Shown: positions 30,018-40,030 of the stretch, one piece after another
How positions within the stretch are numbered: the stretch's first letter is position 1
Layout of the letters: the number at the start of each line of letters is the position of its first letter
Assembly: GCA_041906885.1 (NCBI GenBank)
Contig: JAYRII010000014.1
Coordinates: 74,059 to 138,058, forward strand
Source: Candidatus Saccharimonadia bacterium
GTDB taxonomy: Bacteria; Patescibacteriota; Saccharimonadia; CAILAD01; CAZGYV01
Direction: 5' to 3'
DNA length: 64,000 nt
The notes under the pieces: generated by a model
The model's database searches: none
What the model saw: the letters and a program-made list of their open reading frames with translations, nothing else
Told to the model about the DNA's origin: nothing
Position numbers and translations under genes: made by a program

Positions 30018-31070
30018 ATGAAGTTAGAAGAACAAATACTTAAACTGGCCGAAGAGAATAAGCGGATTACCGCTGCCCAGATCAAAGAATCTGCTGGGGT
30101 GTCAAGGCAGTACATAAATGTTTTGATCAACAAGCTGATTTCTGAGGGTAAACTTTTGAAAGGTGGCTCCACCTCTGATGCTTTTTATGTACTTCCTAAA
30201 AATATCAATCTAGTAACTGCCCAAACTAGAATATCTCGTAGGCTTAATAATCACGACCTGAAAGAGCACGAGGTTCTTGATGATTTAACTCAGCAAGCAC
30301 TTTTCTACTCTAGTCTAAAAGATAATATTAAGGCTATTTTTAACTATGCTTTTTCTGAGATGCTAAATAACGCAATTGATCACTCAAAGTCTAAAACCAT
30401 TCAGGCCGAAGTGCTTAAAGACAAAGAAAATCTTACCTTTGTTATAAATGATGTTGGGATCGGTGTGTTTAAGAATGTCATGCAAAAAAGAGGCTTGGCA
30501 AGCGAACTCGAAGCTATTCAAGATCTATTAAAAGGAAAGACCACCACACAACCCCAAGCTCACTCTGGAGAAGGTATCTTTTTTACTTCTAAAGTGGCAG
30601 ATGTATTTAAACTCCAAAGCTTTGATTTTGAGCTAGTCATAGACAACAAGATTGATGATATTTTCATAATTCCGTTAAAGCCATCGAAGCGGGGTACAAA
30701 GGTTATTTTTTCGATAGCACTTAACTCTAAAACTCATATAAGTGATACCTTCAAGCAGTTTCAGTCGTCTCCAGAGGTGATGGCTTTCGATAAAACTGAA
30801 GTCCAGATAAAGCTTTACACAATGGGGACGATCCATATTTCAAGGTCGCAGGCTCGAAGAGTGCTGTCGGGACTAGATAAGTTTTCTTCAATTATCTTAG
30901 ATTTTGAAGGTGTTCCAACGGCTGGGCAGGGCTTCTCAGATGAAATATTTAGGGTTTTCCAAAGTAAGCATCCTAACATAGCTATAAAGCCAATCAATAT
31001 GAACGATGCCGTAAAATTTATGATTGAGCGAGTGGAAAGGCCTAATCCACAACTAGGCTTAGGCGCGTAG
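30018..31070 (+). CDS. fusion protein: N-terminal winged-helix HTH + GHKL/HATPase_c (RsbW/SpoIIAB-like serine-kinase fold) + C-terminal DUF4325/STAS-like domain
   Basis: HTH: RITAAQIKESAGVSRQYINVLINKLISEGKL. N-box FSEMLNNAIDHS. G1 box INDVGIGVF. G2 box HSGEGIFFTS. C-terminal ILDFEGVPTAGQGFSDEIFRVF resembles STAS-like DUF4325. Confidence 0.7.
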   Translation: MKLEEQILKLAEENKRITAAQIKESAGVSRQYINVLINKLISEGKLLKGGSTSDAFYVLPKNINLVTAQTRISRRLNNHDLKEHEVLDDLTQQALFYSSLKDNIKAIFNYAFSEMLNNAIDHSKSKTIQAEVLKDKENLTFVINDVGIGVFKNVMQKRGLASELEAIQDLLKGKTTTQPQAHSGEGIFFTSKVADVFKLQSFDFELVIDNKIDDIFIIPLKPSKRGTKVIFSIALNSKTHISDTFKQFQSSPEVMAFDKTEVQIKLYTMGTIHISRSQARRVLSGLDKFSSIILDFEGVPTAGQGFSDEIFRVFQSKHPNIAIKPINMNDAVKFMIERVERPNPQLGLGA

Positions 31071-31152
31071 TTGCATTAGCATAGTTCGAGCCTGTCTGCC
31101 TTATGCCAGTGCGAGCACAAAAAGACTTCAGCTCTTTGATATAATTACTGAT

Positions 31153-31869
31153 ATGATTAAGCCTAAAACCAAACCCTCTGCTAATATATTCGCTTGGATA
31201 GCAATATACGCTTGGCTAGTGGTAAGTTTTGCTATCGGCGGCGCCATCGGTGCACTGGCTTTCTTTCTGACAAATAAAATATCAAATCAACCACTGGCCA
31301 GCCTGCTCGTTGGTATTGCTAGCTATGGTACTGTTCTACTCGCCTTAGTGTTTATTATTAGAAAGTTCTGGAAACAAAAAGATATACTTAGCGTTCTGGG
31401 AATAAGAGGTTCGATTACCTTGATGGGTGTAATTTGGGCGGCTATAGGCTATGGGGTGTATTTTTTGGTTTCGTGGGGTCTGATTTTACTATTGGCAAAA
31501 ATCTTTCATAGTTTTGACCCAAATGCGATTAAACTTTATGACCGTACTCAAGTAAGCTCAACACCAGATATTATTCTCGGACTATTGCAAGTAGCAATTT
31601 TTACTCCGATTATCGAAGAAATCATCTTTAGGGGCTATTTATTTGGTGAGCTAGAAAGATTCAAAATGCCAACAGCTGCAATTATTGTTGTTACTGGTCT
31701 CGTTTTTGGAGCCTTGCATTACCCACCAATGGTTTGGGTTGTCGACACAGCTGTGTTTGGGCTGGTTTGTGCATTTATTAGATACAAAACTGGAAATATT
31801 TGGGCAGGTCTGGCTCTGCATATGATTGTTAATACTATTGGTTTTTGTAGTTTATTTGTTGTCAGGTAG
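31153..31869 (+). CDS. CPBP-family (CAAX protease / bacteriocin-processing-type) intramembrane metalloprotease
   Basis: Multi-TM. EEIIFRGYLFG (motif 1) and FGALH (motif 2/3) are characteristic of Abi/CPBP. Confidence 0.8.
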   Translation: MIKPKTKPSANIFAWIAIYAWLVVSFAIGGAIGALAFFLTNKISNQPLASLLVGIASYGTVLLALVFIIRKFWKQKDILSVLGIRGSITLMGVIWAAIGYGVYFLVSWGLILLLAKIFHSFDPNAIKLYDRTQVSSTPDIILGLLQVAIFTPIIEEIIFRGYLFGELERFKMPTAAIIVVTGLVFGALHYPPMVWVVDTAVFGLVCAFIRYKTGNIWAGLALHMIVNTIGFCSLFVVR

Positions 31870-31997
31870 TTTATCCAGCTCCTCGTCCTACACGTGAGAT
31901 TGCATCGGAGACTCAAGAGATAAGCATAAAACAATAGCAAAATAACCAAACTAATATTGGATTTATTCAGATTATTAACATATGCTACTTATAATGT

Positions 31998-32705
31998 ATG
32001 AAGCAGTTCAAATTTACAAATAAACCAGTTTTCCATCAAATTAATTGTACAGAGTCTCGCGATGGGTCTCTTGATCTTCGTCAGAGTGAGGGGATTGTCA
32101 AGTATCGACCGGATATTGTTTTGTTAGAGTATCCATCCTGGCACGACACTCCTTATTTTGAGTTAAACAACTATCCTCCTAAAGGCAAACCAGCCAAGCT
32201 TGTGCAAATTAGGCTACAAGAATTTCCGCCAGAGGTCCTCAAAACAGATCCTTGGGCTGCTGCTGATACATATATGTGGCGAGAAATTGCCAAGTTGTGG
32301 AGTGAAGGTAAGCAAATCTATGTCTATCCTACTGATGGTCCTGGTGAATTACTGTCAGAGTGGCGTGATGTCTGGGAGCATTTGTATCCACAAGCAACAA
32401 AAAATTGGGTGTGGTGGGTGCAGATATACTTAAGAGAGCGACTAATGGCTAATAATATCAAGTGGGTTATGAATAAGCATGTTGATATTCCACGGCCGGT
32501 CATAAATGTGTATCTACAATATTTTCATTGGAAACACGTCAAATTTTTATTAACTGAGCCTTCTGTTGATGAGATATGGGATTATTACTTCAGCCACTTT
32601 GTGGCGGATGTTGGACGTGACGACATTGGGCCACGAATAAAAAAGTTAAACAGTTTGTTTTATCGATATTGGCAAAAGTATGGTGATTTTGCTGATATTG
32701 TATAG
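31998..32705 (+). CDS. hypothetical Trp-rich cytoplasmic protein
   Basis: 235 aa, no TM, 13 Trp. No recognisable motif. Confidence 0.45.
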   Translation: MKQFKFTNKPVFHQINCTESRDGSLDLRQSEGIVKYRPDIVLLEYPSWHDTPYFELNNYPPKGKPAKLVQIRLQEFPPEVLKTDPWAAADTYMWREIAKLWSEGKQIYVYPTDGPGELLSEWRDVWEHLYPQATKNWVWWVQIYLRERLMANNIKWVMNKHVDIPRPVINVYLQYFHWKHVKFLLTEPSVDEIWDYYFSHFVADVGRDDIGPRIKKLNSLFYRYWQKYGDFADIV

Positions 32706-32972
32706 TGAATAATTAACTTGTAGTTCAGTTATAAGTAATAAACCAAAAGCAAAAGAAGGTTTGGTACTCAATATATCTTTAGCTTTTATGCTGCATCAGA
32801 TTACATTGATAGACGTGGCGCAACATTAGTAAACAGCACGAGTTTGAGATAGGTAAAAAGATTAGTTGTTAAGCTAACAACTAAAACATAAAAAAGCTTT
32901 CCTAATTGAATAGTCATAATGACGATCATTTCATCTTCGCCACGTTGGCGTTAAAGTAATATAATAAAGTAA

Positions 32973-35495
32973 ATGACGCCAATTCAACTTTCAAATACGC
33001 TTAAATTATCTCCGGATGAAGTCATCGCCCGGCTCGATTCAAGCTCTCAAGGACTGAGTAAAGTCGAAGCAAAAACGCGGCTGAAGCGTTATGGCGAAAA
33101 TACCATACAGCGAAAAAAAACCAATATTCCGATACTGCTGTGGCGACAAATCGGCGGCAATCCGTTGGTCATAATTTTAGCTACTGCTACGACAATCTCA
33201 TACATTATGGGGCAAAAAACAAGCGCTCTGTATATATTCGCTATGATTATTCTCAGTGCCGGCTTGGGTTTTTGGAATGAATTTGCTGCCGAGCGGACAG
33301 TCGCCGAATTGCTCCAGAGAGTCTCAATGGCCGCGATCACAATTCGCAATAATCAAAAACAAACCATATCAGTAGCCGAGCTGACTTATGGTGATATTGT
33401 TTTTCTTGAGCCGGGCTCAATCGTGCCGGCTGATTTGCGTCTACTCGAATCAGATAATCTGGAGCTGGATCAGTCTACGCTGACCGGTGAATCAAAAACA
33501 GTCTACAAACAAAGTCGCGCATTAGATCGCGCCCCGCATGGCTTAAATGATTATCAAAATATTGCTTTTATGAGCACTACAGTCACTAGCGGCAGCGCTA
33601 AGGGCATAGTGGTCGGGACCGGTAAAGCGACCGAATTTGGAAAAATCGCTCACCAAGCTTCTTTTGTCAAACCAGAAACAGATTTTCAAAAAGGCTTAAG
33701 TCAATTTGGCGGACTGATTGTTAGAATTATAATTATTCTCTCGGTTGGGATTTTTGCCATCAATGCAGCACTCGGCCGATCGCTAATTGATTCGCTGCTG
33801 TTCGCACTAGCTATCGCGGTTGGGCTAACGCCCGAATTATTACCGATTATCGTGACTATCAGTCTGTCTCACGGTGCTGGTAAATTAGCCAAAAAGCGAG
33901 TGATTTGCAAGCAGCTTATTGCCATCGAAAATCTTGGCAATATGGATGTGCTGTGCACTGACAAAACCGGTACTCTGACAAACGGCCAGATTGTCGTGAC
34001 AGGTACGATTGATGCTGTTGGCAAGAAAAATGACCAGCTCATTGCTTATGGTGCGATCTGCAATAGCGCTACTGTTCATCATCGAGTGCTCGGTAATGCG
34101 ATCGACGTGGCAATCTGGCATGAAGCAAACAGCAGGGGGATAAAAACTTCCCCTGAACCGAATAAAATATTTGAAGAGCCGTTTGACTATGAACAACGCA
34201 AAATGTTTTGTGTCATTGAGCAAGATGGCCGCTATATTTTGATCGCCAAAGGCTCGCCAGATAAGATTCTCAGCCTATGTCGCCAGACCGAGCCTGTCAA
34301 AAAAGCCGCCAGCCGAGCTAAAAAGCTCAATGCCGATGGACTGAGGCTAGTTGCCATTGCCACCAAGACAGTCGCTAAAAAATCGCATTACAGCTGGGAT
34401 GATTTGAAAAATATTCATTATGAGGGCTTTATAACATTTCTTGATACGCCTAAAGAATCGGCCGCTTCTTCGATTAAAAAGATGGAAAACCAAGGTGTCT
34501 CTCTTAAAATCGTGACAGGCGATAGCGATCTAGTTACCAAGCATATTTGCCAGCAGGTCGGCCTAAGCTCGGGCGAGATAATTACCGGCGAAGAGCTAGC
34601 CACCCTCTCTAAAACCCAACAGATTCAAGCCGTACAGCGGGCAACCGTTTTCGCGCGCGTTACGCCTAGCCAAAAACTAATGGTTATTTCATTACTACGC
34701 GAAGCTGGACATACGGTTGGCTATATGGGCGATGGCATCAATGACATACCGGCTCTGCGTAGTGCAGATGTCGGGATATCGGTTAATACTGCAGTGGACG
34801 TGGCCAAAGACGCCGCCGCAGTTGTGCTATTGCGCAAAGGGCTCGATGTGATTAGCGAGGGTATCGACGAAGGTAGAAGGACATTTGCCAATACGATCAA
34901 ATATATTCTAATGGGCACTAGCTCGAATTTTGGTAATATGTTCTCAGCCGCTGGAGCATCTTTTTTCTTGCCTTTTTTGCCCATGACGCCAAGCCAAATT
35001 TTATTAAACAACACACTCTATGATATCTCGCAGGTCAGTATACCGACCGATAATGTCGACGCTGAAGTGTTGCGCAAGCCTCGCCACTGGGATATCAAAT
35101 TTATCAAATATTATATGTTGTTTTTTGGGCCAATCAGCTCAGTTTATGATTTCTTGACCTTTGGCATGATGCTCTGGGTATTTCATGCCAACGCGGCCCT
35201 TTTTCAGACCGGTTGGTTTGTCGAATCTCTGGCCACTCAAGTGCTCGTCATCTTTATTATTAGAACTGTCCGCCAACCATTCTACAAGAGCCGCCCGAGC
35301 AAGTGGGTGATTATGACTTGTCTTGGCGTAGTGGCAATCGGCGTCTTACTGCCTTATATGCCATTTGCTCATAGCCTCGGGTTTGTCCCATTGCCAGCGC
35401 CATATTTTCTTGGCTTGTTCGCGCTAGTTATTACATATCTAGCCATTGTAGCTTGGCTGCGAGCTAAGTTTTTGCGCCGCATTCAAATGGCCTGA
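32973..35495 (+). CDS. cation-transporting P-type ATPase (MgtA / Ca2+-ATPase-like, type II/III)
   Basis: DKTGTLT phosphorylation site, TGD, GDGINDIPAL hinge. 840 aa with 10 TM topology. Confidence 0.9.
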   Translation: MTPIQLSNTLKLSPDEVIARLDSSSQGLSKVEAKTRLKRYGENTIQRKKTNIPILLWRQIGGNPLVIILATATTISYIMGQKTSALYIFAMIILSAGLGFWNEFAAERTVAELLQRVSMAAITIRNNQKQTISVAELTYGDIVFLEPGSIVPADLRLLESDNLELDQSTLTGESKTVYKQSRALDRAPHGLNDYQNIAFMSTTVTSGSAKGIVVGTGKATEFGKIAHQASFVKPETDFQKGLSQFGGLIVRIIIILSVGIFAINAALGRSLIDSLLFALAIAVGLTPELLPIIVTISLSHGAGKLAKKRVICKQLIAIENLGNMDVLCTDKTGTLTNGQIVVTGTIDAVGKKNDQLIAYGAICNSATVHHRVLGNAIDVAIWHEANSRGIKTSPEPNKIFEEPFDYEQRKMFCVIEQDGRYILIAKGSPDKILSLCRQTEPVKKAASRAKKLNADGLRLVAIATKTVAKKSHYSWDDLKNIHYEGFITFLDTPKESAASSIKKMENQGVSLKIVTGDSDLVTKHICQQVGLSSGEIITGEELATLSKTQQIQAVQRATVFARVTPSQKLMVISLLREAGHTVGYMGDGINDIPALRSADVGISVNTAVDVAKDAAAVVLLRKGLDVISEGIDEGRRTFANTIKYILMGTSSNFGNMFSAAGASFFLPFLPMTPSQILLNNTLYDISQVSIPTDNVDAEVLRKPRHWDIKFIKYYMLFFGPISSVYDFLTFGMMLWVFHANAALFQTGWFVESLATQVLVIFIIRTVRQPFYKSRPSKWVIMTCLGVVAIGVLLPYMPFAHSLGFVPLPAPYFLGLFALVITYLAIVAWLRAKFLRRIQMA

Positions 35496-35545
35496 TATCG
35501 GTGCAGCTTGACAATCCGCCGGCTCATTTTGCCGAGTTGACGCAA

Positions 35546-35761
35546 CTAAAACTGTTCATCCAGCAAGGCTTCACCGCCATGCCAGAGGTATTTTGAGGAG
35601 ACTTGAGTATTTCCAAGCTCTGATATAGTCGCTTCGAGTACGTCGTGGGACATAATAGACTTACGTCCACGTTCCATATAACTTTCTGCAGAACAATATT
35701 TACAATTAAGATTACAACTCGAAGCAACCTTAATTATTGGGTAGATAGGAATCCTTGTCAT
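35546..35761 (-). pseudogene. radical SAM enzyme N-terminal fragment (truncated)
   Basis: CNLNCKYC (CxxxCxxC) radical SAM cluster motif in a 71-aa ORF terminated far short of a full radical SAM domain. Confidence 0.45.
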
Positions 35762-36058
35762 ATTTACTTCCGTTCTCTGGATTTTAAGGTACGTTGAAAG
35801 ATGGCAGTGATATAGACTAATTAGTTTTCTCTGCCAAGAGTATTCCTTTTATGCTCCGTCTCTAAGAGATCTTGTATTTCTGACCAGTCGGCGCACTCGG
35901 CTATCTTTTGGTGGTAAGAGGATATGCTGCCTGTGCCCAGAGTGCCCTTACCGGTGAAATCAAAAGCCTATTCGATTTTAATGGATCAAAAGAAAATCGT
36001 GATTAGCGAGTACTAACACTAACTTCCCGCGCCGTCCTCAGTTTTTTAACCATCATCC

Positions 36059-36586
36059 TCACATCAGCATTTGCTGCTTCAAAAAATTAGTGAACCGTTT
36101 CATCTCTGCTTTGGCAAGGCGAGTGTGTTGGGTGTAGGCCACTTTGTCATCCTCGAACAAATATTCCTGCCTCGACTGAAGTCGTCCACTACCATGCCCA
36201 TAAGATTCGATTATCAGCATCGCCCGATGATCAACCTCGCTATCCGGGTAGAACTTCTTGAGCAACCTAAATAATTTTTTACACTCTGGCTTATTGAGTG
36301 CAGTCATTTGGCCGGTTAGATTCTTAAACTGCTTCGATTCAAAATCTTTAACCTTATCCATCTGTTCATAGATTTTCCAAGCATCTGGGTTGCCAACATC
36401 AATCCAAGGATACGGCACACCCCAATTTATATGCCCCTCGCACGACGCAGTGGTCTGAACGCCGGCTAAATTTAGCAGCGCGACAGTCTCCTTGATGCCG
36501 GAATCGATACCGAGTCCGAGCCCATCGGTGACTTTGTCCAAATCTTTAAGCTTCTGCTGCCACTGCTGCTGTGATATTTTCTTCAT
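36059..36586 (-). CDS. hypothetical protein
   Basis: 175 aa, soluble, no recognisable motif. Coding-like composition. Confidence 0.45.
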   Translation of the reverse strand: MKKISQQQWQQKLKDLDKVTDGLGLGIDSGIKETVALLNLAGVQTTASCEGHINWGVPYPWIDVGNPDAWKIYEQMDKVKDFESKQFKNLTGQMTALNKPECKKLFRLLKKFYPDSEVDHRAMLIIESYGHGSGRLQSRQEYLFEDDKVAYTQHTRLAKAEMKRFTNFLKQQMLM

Positions 36587-36667
36587 GCTTTAAGCTTAGC
36601 ACGGACTGGGTCGCAGCCACGCGATTTAATATATCAGCCTGCGATAATCTTTTGCTATAATTAATTC

Positions 36668-37108
36668 ATGAAGATGTCGCAAGATGAATGGAAGAAAAGT
36701 GTATCGTGGATCGGTGTTGTGGCTGGTAGTGTCATAAAAGACAATAATAAATATCTGTTGGTTCAAGAAAAGCAGAAAAAAGCTTTTGGATTATGGAACT
36801 TGCCGGCAGGTTATGTTGATAATGGCGAAACCATTGAGCAGGCTGCGGTTAGAGAAGCGAAAGAAGAGGTGGGGGTAGATATTGAGCTAATCAAAGAAAT
36901 AGCTATTTATCATGAAGATATCAGCCGATCAGTTAAACATGCCTTTCAAGCTAAAATGATTGGTGGCGAGCTAAAGCCACAGCCAGATGAGATTCTCGAC
37001 GCGAGATGGCTTACTTATGAAGAAGTTAAGTCTCTATATGAGGATAATAAAATTAGAGCTCCGTGGATTTTCGATGCGATAAGTATTGTAGAGAGGAGCC
37101 AGCTCTAG
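36668..37108 (+). CDS. NUDIX hydrolase
   Basis: Nudix box GYVDNGETIEQAAVREAKEEVGV (GX5EX7REUXEEXGU). Confidence 0.85.
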   Translation: MKMSQDEWKKSVSWIGVVAGSVIKDNNKYLLVQEKQKKAFGLWNLPAGYVDNGETIEQAAVREAKEEVGVDIELIKEIAIYHEDISRSVKHAFQAKMIGGELKPQPDEILDARWLTYEEVKSLYEDNKIRAPWIFDAISIVERSQL

Positions 37109-37252
37109 TATTAACGGCTATTTCTATACGATGTTTATGCTAAATATCTTTAGTTTTCGTAGCTCTCACCTAGAGCCTCCGTAGAGCATCCTGGGTGCGA
37201 TACTCTGCTCACAAAGAGAATGTCTATCGAAATATGATAAAATGAAAAGACT

Positions 37253-37606
37253 ATGAGTAAATATGTGACATATACTGAGCTAGACACCGCGCTAAAAAAG
37301 CAGACCGATGAAATTGTCGGTGTACTACATGGCTTTATGGGCCAGGTCGATGAGCGGTTTAATAAAATCGAAAGTCGAACGGATAGATTTGAGCACTGGG
37401 CCGATGAGCGGTTTAATAAATTAGAAGCTCGCATGAGTAAATTTGACCGCAAACTCGATAGCCTCACCAATACTATCGATGCTTTCGTCAAGCGTCTCGA
37501 CGATATAGAGACTGAGCAAATAGCGCGTGATCGACAATTCTCTCGCTTGCTTGCTTGGGCACACAAGGTGTCTGAAAAGACCGGCATCCCACTAGATAGT
37601 TTATGA
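37253..37606 (+). CDS. small coiled-coil protein, paralog A (homolog of 45982-46245)
   Basis: C-terminus IETEQIARDRQFSRLLAWAHKVSEKTGIPLDSL versus paralog B NETEQAARDAQFARLVEWAHEVSEKTGIPLPNL. Internal ERFNK...ERFNK duplication. Confidence 0.6.
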   Translation: MSKYVTYTELDTALKKQTDEIVGVLHGFMGQVDERFNKIESRTDRFEHWADERFNKLEARMSKFDRKLDSLTNTIDAFVKRLDDIETEQIARDRQFSRLLAWAHKVSEKTGIPLDSL

Positions 37607-37662
37607 TAATTTTACGCCAATACTAACAAGGGCGAGGCGAGAGAAAATAGAAACGAATTGTT

Positions 37663-38094
37663 CTACCTGGATTTGGCTCGTTTTTCGAGTATGCCTCGAA
37701 TCGATGGGCTAATCGCTTTGTCCGTACGATGAATGCAGCCGATCCAACAGCACGGTCGGCGTTTGCCCTCGACCAGCTCCTCGATGACCCGGCGGACATG
37801 CTCATCGCGCGTCTTTTGTTGCTTAACGCTAATGGTCCAGCAAATCCACTCATTGCGTGCCAAAGGAGTCAGGCCGTTCCATTTGGTCAGCGCAGCTTCG
37901 TTTGCCAGCAGAGCTTTGCGCAAGTCGGCCGGCAACTCATGCACCACGCCCTCGGAAATTTTTTTACTACTCATATTATTTATACTAACCCAGCCACACT
38001 TTTCTATCAATTTACCACTACATTCGCAACTATTTAACGGCATCGGTGGTATTATAATTGTAGATAGAAAGGAGCTTTGGTATGCCAAACACAA
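37663..38094 (-). CDS. YdeI/OmpD-associated (OmdA) family protein
   Basis: WNGLTPLARNEWICWTISVKQQKTRDEHVRRV matches the OmdA-domain signature. Confidence 0.65.
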   Translation of the reverse strand: MCLAYQSSFLSTIIIPPMPLNSCECSGKLIEKCGWVSINNMSSKKISEGVVHELPADLRKALLANEAALTKWNGLTPLARNEWICWTISVKQQKTRDEHVRRVIEELVEGKRRPCCWIGCIHRTDKAISPSIRGILEKRAKSR

Positions 38095-38366
38095 AGAAAA
38101 AAGAACCGGAGATTGAATTTAGCGCTAAGGTAAAAGGCACCGAAGAGTGGAAAGAGTGGTCGAAGGATTGGAAGAAGAATAAGCCAAGCTCAACTCACGG
38201 CACGGCCGGAGCGCTGTACTTTGTTGGCTTTATCGGCTCGATGGTGTATTGGATGCAAGCAGCGGTTGGTTTTGGCGCCGTCGTGACGGGATTTCTGAAA
38301 TCGTTGGTCTGGCCGGCCTATATTGTCTATAAATTGCTCGAGAGCTTTTACGGCGTTGTACGCTAA
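38082..38366 (+). CDS. small 2-TM membrane protein
   Basis: 94 aa with two hydrophobic helices after a Lys-rich N-terminus. Confidence 0.4.
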   Translation: MPNTKKKEPEIEFSAKVKGTEEWKEWSKDWKKNKPSSTHGTAGALYFVGFIGSMVYWMQAAVGFGAVVTGFLKSLVWPAYIVYKLLESFYGVVR

Positions 38367-38746
38367 TGGGAGGCCTTAAAGAGGTCGATATGTCAGACAA
38401 TAAAGCCAAGCCAACAGGAGTGAGTGTCGAAGAATACATCGCTAGCGTGCCACCCGCTGCCCGAGTGCAATTTGATGAACTGCGCGCGCTGGTGCGTGGC
38501 ATGTTGCCGAAAGCCAATGAAGTAGTCAGTTACGGTATTATCGGTTATAAGATTGATAATAAAAGAGCTCGGGTCTTTATCTCTGGCTGGAAGGATCATC
38601 TGGCGATCTATCCAGTGCCGAAGGACGAAGCCATGCGCGCTGAGCTGGCACCGTACGTCAAAGGCAAGGGCACGCTGTGGTTTGCCCTCGACCAGCCGCT
38701 GCCCAGAGAGCTGATCGGGCGGGTAGTCAAAGCGCTGTCTGGCTAA
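38366..38746 (+). CDS. DUF1801 (YdhG-like) domain protein
   Basis: VEEYIASVPPAARVQFDELRALVRGMLPKANEVVSYGIIGYK is typical of DUF1801. Confidence 0.7.
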   Translation: MGGLKEVDMSDNKAKPTGVSVEEYIASVPPAARVQFDELRALVRGMLPKANEVVSYGIIGYKIDNKRARVFISGWKDHLAIYPVPKDEAMRAELAPYVKGKGTLWFALDQPLPRELIGRVVKALSG

Positions 38747-38878
38747 ACGACTCAATAATCACGCCGAGCCAGCTAAGTAAATCCACATATTATATTGGCC
38801 CATCATTGTGGCTGTGTGGTTTATAAATCATCCCGCTTATCCTGTAAATCTTCAGATAATAGTTGTACAATCTGGACT

Positions 38879-39523
38879 ATGAAAATGACAGATAGGCGGG
38901 CCGATTTGCGTCCGCGTGAGAAGCTACAAGCCAGAGGCGTCGAATCCTTGAGTGATTACGAGCTACTAATGGCCATCATTGGCAGTGGCAACGCACAGGC
39001 TGATGTTACTAAAATCGCCCGCGATGTTGGCAAATTACTCAAAGCTCGTGGTAGTGGGTTGACTTATGACGATCTATTGAGCGTCAAGAGTCTCGGCCCG
39101 GCTAAAGCCACCCAGATAATGGCGGGTTTTGAGCTCTGGCGTCGGCAATTTGAAGTGTCAGAGCGGCCTATTATCGACTCGCCCGAAAAGGCCGTGGCGC
39201 AACTGGCTGATATTCGTGATAAGAAGCAAGAGTATTTCGTCTGCCTATCACTTGATGGGGCAAATCGACTGATCGCGAGGCGTATCATCACCATCGGCAC
39301 GCTAACTGCGAGTTTAGTCCACCCGCGTGAGGTTTTTGCCGAGGCGATTGCTGATCGCGCCGCATCCATCATCGTGGCGCACAACCACCCGAGCGGTAAT
39401 TTGCAGGCTAGTGAGGCCGATAGAACTATCACCCAGCGCTTGTGCGAGGCCGGTGAATTGCTTGGCATCAAGCTGGTCGATCACATCGTTGTGACGCACG
39501 AGTCTCACGCTAGCATCGTGTGA
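38879..39523 (+). CDS. radC: RadC-like JAB/MPN domain protein (UPF0758)
   Basis: HNHPSG JAMM motif, N-terminal helix-hairpin-helix-like region. ORF opens at 38795 but the conserved start is likely ATG 38879. Confidence 0.85.
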   Translation: MKMTDRRADLRPREKLQARGVESLSDYELLMAIIGSGNAQADVTKIARDVGKLLKARGSGLTYDDLLSVKSLGPAKATQIMAGFELWRRQFEVSERPIIDSPEKAVAQLADIRDKKQEYFVCLSLDGANRLIARRIITIGTLTASLVHPREVFAEAIADRAASIIVAHNHPSGNLQASEADRTITQRLCEAGELLGIKLVDHIVVTHESHASIV

Positions 39524-39553
39524 ATAGCTCCTGTTTTAAGGTATAATACAGAT

Positions 39554-40012
39554 ATGAGCGACCAAAACAAGCTAGCTATTTATCAGAGCGCTGATGGCGC
39601 GATTGAGCTGCCAATCGATGCTAAGTCAGAGACGATTTGGGCGAGTCAAAAGCAAATCGCCGAGATTTTTGATGTTACCCCACAAAACATAACTATTCAC
39701 CTAGCTGGTATTTACAAAGAGGGTGAAATGAGTGAAGGGGCAACTTGTAAAGAATCCTTACAAGTTCAAAAAGAGGGTGCACATGAGGTTAAACGTACTG
39801 TCAAACTGTATAATCTTGATGCTATTATTGCGGTTGGCTACCGCATTAGCTCAAGTAAAGGGACGGCTTTTCGCAAATGGGCGACAAAAACCCTGCGGGA
39901 CTATATTTCTAATGGTTTTGTAATCAACAAAAAGCGTATCGAGCACAACAACACCCAATTCTTGCGAGCTCTAAATGACCTCAAGCTATTGTCAGAAAAC
40001 TGCTATAATTGA
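39554..40012 (+). CDS. RhuM-family protein, probably C-terminally truncated
   Basis: LAIYQSADGAIELPIDAKSETIWASQKQIAEIF ... YNLDAIIAVGYRISSSKGTAFRKWATKTLRDYI matches the RhuM N-terminal region. Only 152 aa versus ~300+ typical. Classic position upstream of hsdM. Confidence 0.65.
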   Translation: MSDQNKLAIYQSADGAIELPIDAKSETIWASQKQIAEIFDVTPQNITIHLAGIYKEGEMSEGATCKESLQVQKEGAHEVKRTVKLYNLDAIIAVGYRISSSKGTAFRKWATKTLRDYISNGFVINKKRIEHNNTQFLRALNDLKLLSENCYN

Positions 40013-40030
40013 GCCACGAAGGAAGTATAA

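Noticed and set aside
37150-38116. Several overlapping ORFs on both strands (145, 76, 143, 102, 127 aa)
   Set aside because: High-GC stretch generates long spurious frames. Only the coiled-coil paralog A (plus) and the OmdA-family gene (minus) have recognisable motifs. The rest overlap these antisense.
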